Source of the DNA: Octopus sinensis
Lineage: Eukaryota
DNA length: 64,000 nucleotides
Assembly (NCBI RefSeq): GCF_006345805.1
Contig: NC_043001.1
Location: forward strand, 95,852,001-95,916,000
Direction of reading: 5' to 3'
The translations under genes were made by a program, and so were the position numbers. The notes below the pieces were generated by a model, which was not told where the DNA came from, ran no database searches, and saw only the letters and a list, made by a program, of their open reading frames with translations. This document shows positions 55,614 through 64,000 of this stretch, one piece after another. Numbering within the stretch: the first letter of the stretch is position 1; each line of letters begins with the position of its first letter.

Positions 55614-56897
55614 ATGGGTAAAAGACAAACTTATCACTAGAAATCAGAGCGAGGATCGTTCAGCTTAGTAGGCTGAATTGGTCATACAGATCTATTTCAA
55701 ACGAAATTGGATGCTGTAAAACAGCCTTCTAGAATGCTGTCCATCTTTATACAGAAACTAAGGATTATAAAGACCGCTCTCAACCTGGGCAACCGACAAA
55801 AACAACGACAAGAATGGTTAGATACATTCATAGATTGTCCCTCAAAAGCGAAAAATGAACACTTTTGACATTTTAAAAGAAATTCGGCATAAATATTGAC
55901 TTACCATTGGCGTGTCCACCACAAAAATCTGTCTGAAAGAATTTGGATTCCTAGGAAGTCTCTCGCAAAATACTATACATTCTTTTAAAATATCGACGTG
56001 CACGAATACAGTTTGCATTTGAATTTGAGTCCAGCAAATTTGTCGAATGTGTTGCGGTCGAACGAGTTAAAGTTCAACGTGTTCGGCAGTGATGGCAGGG
56101 AGCATGTAAGGAGGCGTATAGGCGATGAATATCATCCAGAATGGATCTGATCTACAATTAAGCAGACTGGTGGAAGTATGATGGTGTGGGGGTGCATGTT
56201 TGGAAAAGGTGTCGGGTATTATGGATAGTAAGCCCTATCTACAAATATTGTATAAGACTATGCTTCCACACAACCTAAAACATTTGGGCCGATCTTGGAC
56301 CTTCAAGCATGACAACGAATCGAAAGACAACTCGCACCGTGACACAATTTACACTAGGTCTAAGAGAGTTCGGTTTATGTAGTGAGCGGCGCAGTCACTC
56401 GACCTACATCCCATCGAACATTTTTGGGAAACGTTGGGTAGAGTTGTAAAAAAATAGGAAACCAAAAGAATAAGGATGATTTTCTTTTAACTTTATTAGT
56501 CAAAATAGCGAAAAAATATAAAGATCAGTAATAAATGATCTGAACAATTCTGTTTCACCGATAAAAAGCTGTACTAAATAATTTGGGATACCCAACGACA
56601 TACTGACTGTAAGAGCTAATTTTATTCTTTTTTAACTCAGAATGAACTTCTTAAAGCAAAGATAAAAAGAAGAAGAATTTTTACAGATTGTTCTTAAATG
56701 GAATGGCGCTATAACTTACGATGATTAAGATTTTTACTTTCAGTTTAAAATTAATATGTTGATCCTATGCTGTAAAGATGTGCAATTTTCTTTATGCTCA
56801 TATGCATCTTACTTCACAATTTACAAATTGAATACATTAAAAAATGGCATTTTAGCATTAGTATACTAGCGTTTTAAAATTCAATGCCGCCACTGTA
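55614..56897 (+). mobile_element. Tc1-family (DD34E-type) transposon relic
   Basis: RSNELKFNVFGSDGREHVRRR (WSDESKF motif), GGSMMVWGCM, FKHDNESK, *AAQSLDLHPIEHFWE (WPAQSPDLNPIE) and terminal GYPTTY*. Right end …GCCGCCACTG|TA. No left TIR found. Confidence 0.85.
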
Positions 56898-57015
56898 CAT
56901 GTAGGTATGTATATCTGACATGAAATTCACAAGTGTGTCACATGATATATTCTGTTCGTAGTTTTTGTAAAGAAAGACATTCGAGAATATTTACACATGT
57001 TGATATGTATGTATT

Positions 57016-57118
<103 letters not shown>

Positions 57119-57122
57119 GTAA

Positions 57123-57159
<37 letters not shown>

Positions 57160-57376
57160 TATTATGCACGAAAACATATATGCGTGTTTTTGTATGTGTG
57201 CACATGTGTCTGTATGGTTGTAAAAACAAATAAAGGAAAAAACCTTCAAACAATGTAATTTTTACCTTTTACATGGACTTCGATATATGTGCAGGTGAAT
57301 GGAAACATGCGTAATTGAAAGGAACATTCACATATATATACTTGCACACCTGTATATGTAAGCACTCAAACACACA

Positions 57377-57429
<53 letters not shown>

Positions 57430-57699
57430 TGCATGTATGTATATACACATACTTGTGTATGCGTGTGTGTATATTTTCTATTGTATTCCAATTTCCCTAT
57501 CTCATTGTATTTTTAACAATCGGATTTCTGCAGCCCTATTGGCAAATCCGAAAAATATTTTCTTTTTATGTTTTAAATTTTTATTGGGTAATGTTTTAAT
57601 ATTTTGTCCTCTAATTCATGTCTTTTTGTCACGTTATTTTTATTGGTAATATGACAACGCAAGGATGAAAAGAATCTGAACAGTATTGTTAGAAAGGCT

Positions 57700-58452
57700 G
57701 TATTGACTTGCAGTAACAATTTTACAAAGAAAGGATTTTAGGAATATGCGTTTATTATGTTCTCTTATATGATTCTCTGGGGGATATTAGAAATATATTT
57801 TCCTTATGGATGACATAGCTCGAAAGGGCATATTTCCCATATAGTCGGCAAACCTCGCCTTTCTGAATAGGAAAGGAACGCATTGATATAAGCAGAAAGC
57901 TAGGAATCATTACACAAATACCTTTAATAATAGTAAAAATTAACGATACTTTGCTGGGTGGAGAAACCAGTAATGACAAATCCCACTTGATCTATAATGA
58001 CAGTGTGAACAATATTGATTTTTAATAATAATTTGGTCAGATTTCACCAAACAGTTGACAATAAGATATCAGTGACAGAAGTAATACCTGCTCGAAATTT
58101 GTAACAATGGACACGGCTATTATGAGAAAACGGTTTGCAGCAAAGAATTATTTTTACATGTTTCATTAGTTGAAAAAATAAACCTGAATGCTGAAGAATA
58201 TAGAAGCATTGCCTCAGGTGTGTTGAGAATCTAATAACACTTAAAAACCGAAGAAAATGAATACAATTTAGTAACATCTATAGCCATTTTATAAATGATA
58301 ACTCAGCCAGAGAATTCCAATGAAACTTACACTAGGTTTAAAATAAGGAGGACATCAATCTAGTATCCAACCAGAGTTATAATAATCGCAAAGGTTATTT
58401 AGTTGTATACGTATGTATGAATGCTGAATGCATAGTTTCAAAGAATATATAT

Positions 58453-58497
<45 letters not shown>

Positions 58498-58880
58498 GCA
58501 CAGCATAATCGATAAAATGAAAATATAGAAGTTTATACCGTAATATAGTCCTGATCATAGGTCCACAAATAGATTTGGAAGAGTGCATAATACACGACCT
58601 CTATTCTGGCAAAAATGGTATGTATTATAAATTACGATAAATGTTATAGCAGAGTCTTTGGTGAGGAAGATGAGCGATGTGAAGGTGATGATGATGAGGC
58701 GGAGAATAATAAGAAGGATGAAGGTGATGATGATGAAGGAGTTGAGGAATGATATTCTGCAATTGATGGCTGTACTGGTACTATCGAGTATATTCTTGAT
58801 CCTGTGTGATATCTTCATTTAAGCCGTATTTATATGCGTTTTAAATTACTTTGATGTGGAGCTCTGAATGAGATTGTTTA
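57700..58880 (+). pseudogene. Possible fossil Maverick/Polinton (adintovirus-like) minor and major capsid genes
   Basis: Stop-riddled frames read VLTCSNN…LWGILEIYFPYG*H (57700-57813) and GTIEYILDPV*YLHLSRIYMRFKL (58777-58848). These resemble recalled penton and MCP N-terminal motifs. Not verified by alignment. Confidence 0.35.
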
Positions 58881-61534
58881 GTAATGAAAGATATCCATTG
58901 ACATTCATCCTCTCTTACAAGTCTCTTAGGTGGATTTTTCTGTCACTTTTGATGTTGCATTTGTAGGGAATGTAACGGATTCTTAAAGAGGAAGAGATGT
59001 TGATTTTAAAGTTTAATGCACAATGAGGCGTCTTACACTTAAAATATGTACATTCTGTTTGTACCTTTCAGCAGGTGGCAAACAGAATACTACATCGTTA
59101 GATTCATCATTCAAAATTTAAAAAACGGTGTATGTTTTTGACCTGAAAAAAAAACAACGATAAATGTGCATTTCGAACGGTAATTTTCAATATATTTGTT
59201 ATCGATAAAAGTGACATTAAAGTTTTATCTTTAAAACATATCGATTTTATATTCATTGTATTATAATTTACAATCTTATACGCCAACCTAAATACTCACA
59301 GGAAGACACCCATGCACACAGGATACATAACACTGAATGTGATTCACGACTTTTTGTATTTGATATCACTGCAATAGTTTCAACACCTTTAGTATGCAGG
59401 TGAGATGTTGTGCAATCATCTCCTTAATTCCTCTGTGTAAAATGCGTCTCCACGAGTGATTGTTAAAATGAGCTATTCGTCAGATTTTCTCGCTATTTCG
59501 CTTAATGTGATAATGTATACCCAGCTTAATGTGTCGTTGCCAAAACATTAGAGGCAAAACTAAAACGATAGTTGGGATGTCTGACACAATTATAATGAAA
59601 ATACAAAATCCATAAATAAAAAAAATGCAAAAACCAAAAGGGCTAGGTTGACATAAATTACACAGTGTAAGAATATTTTTATTCTATTTTGTTTTTTTCG
59701 TCAGTAAGTATAATTTCCTACTTGATTCTATCTAGAAACCAAAGGAAATTACTATTATTCCCTTCATTTTTTTTTTACTTGGACATCGGTGTTTTGAATC
59801 TATCATTTTCCTTCAAATTTTAGAAAGATTCAGGACAGAGTTGCTGAAGCAGAATTTTCTAGAACTTTCTACAAGTTTCCAGAAGTTCAATTTATAACTG
59901 CATTCGTCACAGATGCTACCAAGATGTTGCAAGTATCTAGCAGACCCATTTTGCTGTCTGTGGCAAATTTATGAAGAGAAGAGCGAAAATGTACACTCTG
60001 CTAAAATTTAGGAGGCCTAGAAGGCCTATTTCGACGTGCTTACGAGGATCAAAATGAACGCTTGCCACTTCAATTCAACCGCGAACCCTTCAGAAGAAGT
60101 CCAGAACGTAAGATGGAAAATTTTGCTTGCTTGGATAGTGGAATATTTAAGTGTAAAAGTGTGGGAATATATAAATAGTTTTACTGCACTTTTTAAAACC
60201 GGTGTTATTGAAACATATTTAGTATGTATTTTTCAATAACACTGGATGAAATAGATTTCTATTTTTATCATCATATTTTCGTTTAGAACTTTTGATGGCT
60301 TGTACAGGGAAGAAATTAAGGCAGGGAATTCGCAATCCCACGAAATAGAAGGTAGCTATCTGACTACATAAACAACAACCTCCTGTACATGGTAGCCCTT
60401 CCAAACGTTGAACTGTCAAGACGGGCAACAAAGATGTTCTTACCTATCTTGGATGATACTTGAAATGCGAATGTTGGGTTCACTCAAAAAACATTGCATT
60501 TGTAATACTTTTTCTTCGGTATATAACAACTATTATAATCTGTGGTAAAGAATTATAGGTATACTTATAATTAGTAATCAGATTAGCTACATTTTCCCAT
60601 TTAGTTTCATATATTGCGCCATTTTATCTACTTCTTCGGTTGAAGCGATAACGTTTATGATTTCTTCTACCAAAGTATGATTTAGTGTTATTATTGTGGC
60701 TATGTACATTAAAAAGACTATCAGTAGATACATATTTTATTTTCTGAGTAGAATTTGCTCTAGTAAACGCTACATCCTAATAAAACGCATACGAGTCAAA
60801 TATCATTTGCTGGATGTTTACATATTCGATTGGTTATATTGTTTACAAGCCGTTTTAATATAGAAGGTGGATGATTAGACCACTTATATATATACCTTAT
60901 GTTTTCGATCAGTTGATAGGAAGAAGGGGGAGTTGAGGGAGAGAAAGAAGAAGAGACGAGAGTGTAAGGAGTAAAAGGGTAAGGAGCTAAAAGTGAGTAG
61001 TGGTGGTATGATAGAGCTGCATTAAGGGATGGGTATAGAAACGTTAGAGAGAAGTTAATGGTGGGGTGTTATATAAGTGGGTATTTAGTTTTGGTATTAA
61101 AAATTGAGATGGAATGAAGAATATAAGGAAGTCAAGTTGCTATAAATAAACGTGTGTGATAGGTTAGTGATAAAGAGGAGAAAGAAAGAACGAATATTTG
61201 TGAATATGTATATTCACACACATATATAGAAACACACATATATAGACATATACATGGTTTAACACATACACACGCATACAAACCAAACTCATGTACGTTC
61301 ACACGCTAATAGCTAATATACACACTCATTCGTATCTATTCTTGTATATATAAATGCAAGTACATACACACACGCATAGAAACACACATACGCGTACACT
61401 TATATGTATGTGTACATATATTTCTATATCTACACATACCCACATATAAATCCATACTTCTATAAAATATCTATACACTTGCTGATACGTACTCATATAT
61501 ACCTATTTGCATGTTCGGATATGTATACACACGC

Positions 61535-61623
<89 letters not shown>

Positions 61624-61634
61624 ATATATGTATG

Positions 61635-61688
<54 letters not shown>

Positions 61689-61745
61689 CAGCAAAAACTT
61701 GACTCTAAAACCACTAACATACAAGCGGATACATGTATATATGGG

Positions 61746-61779
<34 letters not shown>

Positions 61780-62036
61780 AGTTTAACAATTAAGGATAAT
61801 CTCTTATAAGGGATCTTAACAAGAAATTATCGGGCAGCTAGCGTGAAAACCTCATAAAAGAAAAGAATTCGAAAATAATTTTTTTCTTTTGAACAAATTA
61901 ATTATATCTATATTGTATAGAGGGCATTATTACACATAAATGCCTCACACTAAGAGGGACAAAGTCATTACTACCAAAATATACTAATCATACCCAAATG
62001 CAGTTTTTCAAAGCAAGACATTTAAAAAATGAATTT

Positions 62037-62095
62037 AGTTCTGTATCACCGTGATTTCACATTCAACTTTACGTCTTATGATCCTCAGCAGAACT
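62037..62095 (-). ncRNA. Minimal type-I hammerhead ribozyme motif, copy 1
   Basis: Minus: AGUUCUG (stem I)-CUGAGGA-stem II-GAAA-UCACGGUGA-UA/CAGAACU. Predicted cut between 62044 and 62043. Confidence 0.75.
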
Positions 62096-62520
62096 GATTC
62101 TGACACATCATAAATAAACTACCAACCTTACGTAGCGAAAACGAACAGACAACTGCTCACTCCGCTCCGGCCAAGCACATGGAATGTTTATAAATCATAT
62201 ATCCGGTAAATGGCGGGCTTTTTACGAACTGCATGTCGGGTAATGAAAAGTATGTCGGAATAAGTTTAACAATTAAGGATAATCTCTTAATAAGGGATCT
62301 TAACAAGAAATTATCGGGCAGCTAGCGTGAAAACCTCATAAAAGAAAAGAATTCGAAAATAATTTTTTTCTTTTGAACAAATTATTATATCTATATTGTA
62401 TAGAGGGCATTATTACACATAAATGCCTCACACTAAGAGGGACAAAGTCATTACTACCAAAATTATACTAATCATACCCAAATGCAGTTTTTCAAAGCAA
62501 GACATTTAAAAAATGAATTT

Positions 62521-62579
62521 AGTTCTGTATCACCGTGATTTCACATTCAACTTTACGTCTTATGATCCTCAGCAGAACT
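62521..62579 (-). ncRNA. Minimal type-I hammerhead ribozyme motif, copy 2
   Basis: Identical 59-nt motif 484 bp from copy 1. Confidence 0.75.
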
Positions 62580-62870
62580 GATTCTGAACACATCATAACT
62601 AAACTACCAACCTTACGTAGCGAAGACGAACAGACAACTGCTCACTCCGGCCAAGCACATGGAATGTTAAGATCCCTTATTAAGAGATTATCCTTAATTG
62701 TTAAACTTATTCCGAAATACTTTTCATTACCCGACATGCAGTTCGTAAAAAGCCCGCCATTTACCGGATATATGATTTATAAACATTCCATGTGCTTGGC
62801 CGGAGTGAGCAGTTGTCTGTTCGTTTTCGCTACGTAAGGTTGGTAGTTTATTTATGATGTGTTCAGAATC

Positions 62871-62929
62871 AGTTCTGCTGAGGATCATAAGACGTAAAGT
62901 TGAATGTGAAATCACGGTGATACAGAACT
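62871..62929 (+). ncRNA. Minimal type-I hammerhead ribozyme motif, copy 3
   Basis: AGTTCTG 62871-77 pairs with CAGAACT 62923-29. CTGAGGA 62878-84, GAAA 62908-11, palindromic ATCAC-G-GTGAT stem III. UH cleavage predicted after A62922. Confidence 0.78.
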
Positions 62930-63346
62930 AAATTCATTTTTTAAATGTCTTGCTTTGAAAAACTGCATTTGGGTATGATTAGTATATTTTGGTAGTAATG
63001 ACTTTGTCCCTCTTAGTGTGAGGCATTTATGTGTAATAATGCCCTCTATACAATATAGATATAATTAATTTGTTCAAAGAAAAAAATTATTTTCGAATTC
63101 TTTTCTTTTATGAGGTTTTCACGCTAGCTGCCCGATAATTTCTTGTTAAGATCCCTTATTAAGAGATTATCCTTAATTGTTAAACTTATTCCGAAATACT
63201 TTCATTCCCCGACATGCAGTTCGTAAAAAGCCCGCCATTTACCGTATATGATTTGTAAACATTCCATGTGCTTGGCCGGAGTGAGAAGTTGTCTGTTCGT
63301 CTTCGCTACGTAAGGTTGGTAGTTTATTTATGATGTGTTCAGAATC

Positions 63347-63405
63347 AGTTCTGCTGAGGATCATACGACGTAAAGTTGAATGTGAAATCACGGTGATACA
63401 GAACT
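63347..63405 (+). ncRNA. Minimal type-I hammerhead ribozyme motif, copy 4
   Basis: Same motif with a better stem II (CAT-a-CGAC/GTAAA loop/GTTG-a-ATG). Predicted cut after A63398. Confidence 0.78.
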
Positions 63406-63550
63406 AAATTCATTTTTTAAATGTCTTGCTTTGAAAAACTGCATTTGGGTATGATTAGTATAATTTTGGTAGTAATGACTTTGTCCCTCTTAGTGTGAGG
63501 CATTTATGTGTAATAATGCCCTCTATACAATATATATATATATATATATA

Positions 63551-63802
63551 TATCACCGTGATCCCCGTGACCGACCAGGCTATCAGATGTTACTACACAC
63601 CGCTGGTCACAATGCGCTTCGCATTGTTTTAGCCTTCAAATGACGCCACCCCGCTGGCTAGGTGACCAGGCCAACAGAAGAAAGAGTGAGAGAAAGTTGT
63701 GGCGAAAAAGTACAGCAGGGATTCCCAACAACCCCTGCCGGAGCCTCATGGAGCTTTAGGTGTTTTTGCTCAATAAACACTCACAACGCCCGGTCTGGGA
63801 AA
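63551..63802 (-). mobile_element. tRNA-derived SINE family C, 5'-truncated, in (TA)n
   Basis: Minus: TTCCCAGACCGGGCGTTGTGAGTGTTTATTGAGC…CTAAAACAATGCGAAGCGCATTGTGACCAGC…GATCACGGTGATA(TA)n. Matches 43091-43266. Confidence 0.85.
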
Positions 63803-64000
63803 TATATATATATATATATATATATAAATACATATATAAACACATACCCATATATACATATATCCGTTTGTATGTTAGTGGTTTTAGAGTCAAGTTTTTG
63901 CTGCTATTTCCACTATTGCGATGTTGATAAATTTAGAGTTACATCTAAATAGCAAGAAGTCTTGTGAGAATTGCCGAACGTGATAGACTGGTCTAGGTAA

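Larger units (their letters stand above)
61778..63533. mobile_element. Hammerhead-bearing ~480-bp tandem/inverted repeat element (retrozyme / Penelope pLTR-like) inserted in (TA)n
   Basis: Unit 1 61778-62260 and partial unit 2 62261-62668. The inverted arm 62665-63533 holds a full unit (62710-63188) and a partial unit. (TA)n at both ends. No meaningful ORF. Confidence 0.88.

Noticed and set aside
60935-61140. Purine-rich block, possibly a Penelope GIY-YIG C-terminus on the minus strand (…FLYPSLN)
   Set aside because: Only a P.LN-like motif, which is insufficient. Low-complexity sequence explains it equally well.
61778-63533. CRISPR array or protein-coding interpretation of the repeats (ORFs 62535-62837, 62727-62915)
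   Set aside because: Units are ~480 bp with no unique spacers. The ORFs arise from the inversion junction and resemble no PLE RT or GIY-YIG motif.

Overview
AT-rich, microsatellite-dense animal genomic DNA with no recognisable host protein-coding gene. The SINE families and (TA)n/(TAA)n density suggest an octopod cephalopod (inference from recalled repeats, not a search). The window is almost entirely mobile-element debris: several R4/Dong-clade non-LTR retrotransposon subfamilies (RT plus CCHC/REL endonuclease) in (TAA)n arrays, a 3x ~1.1-kb tandem array, three tRNA-derived SINE families, two mariner relics and one Tc1 relic, MITEs, a Helitron/DINE-like element and a possible Maverick/Polinton capsid fossil. 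The standout is 61778-63533, a non-coding ~480-bp unit present about 3.7 times, with two copies on each strand and (TA)n at both ends. Each unit carries a 59-nt minimal type-I hammerhead ribozyme motif, giving a retrozyme/Penelope-pLTR-like self-cleaving RNA element. An adjacent tRNA-SINE ends in the same 12 nt as the predicted ribozyme-cleaved 3' end. Repeat boundaries are approximate (about +/-20 bp) unless a junction is quoted.
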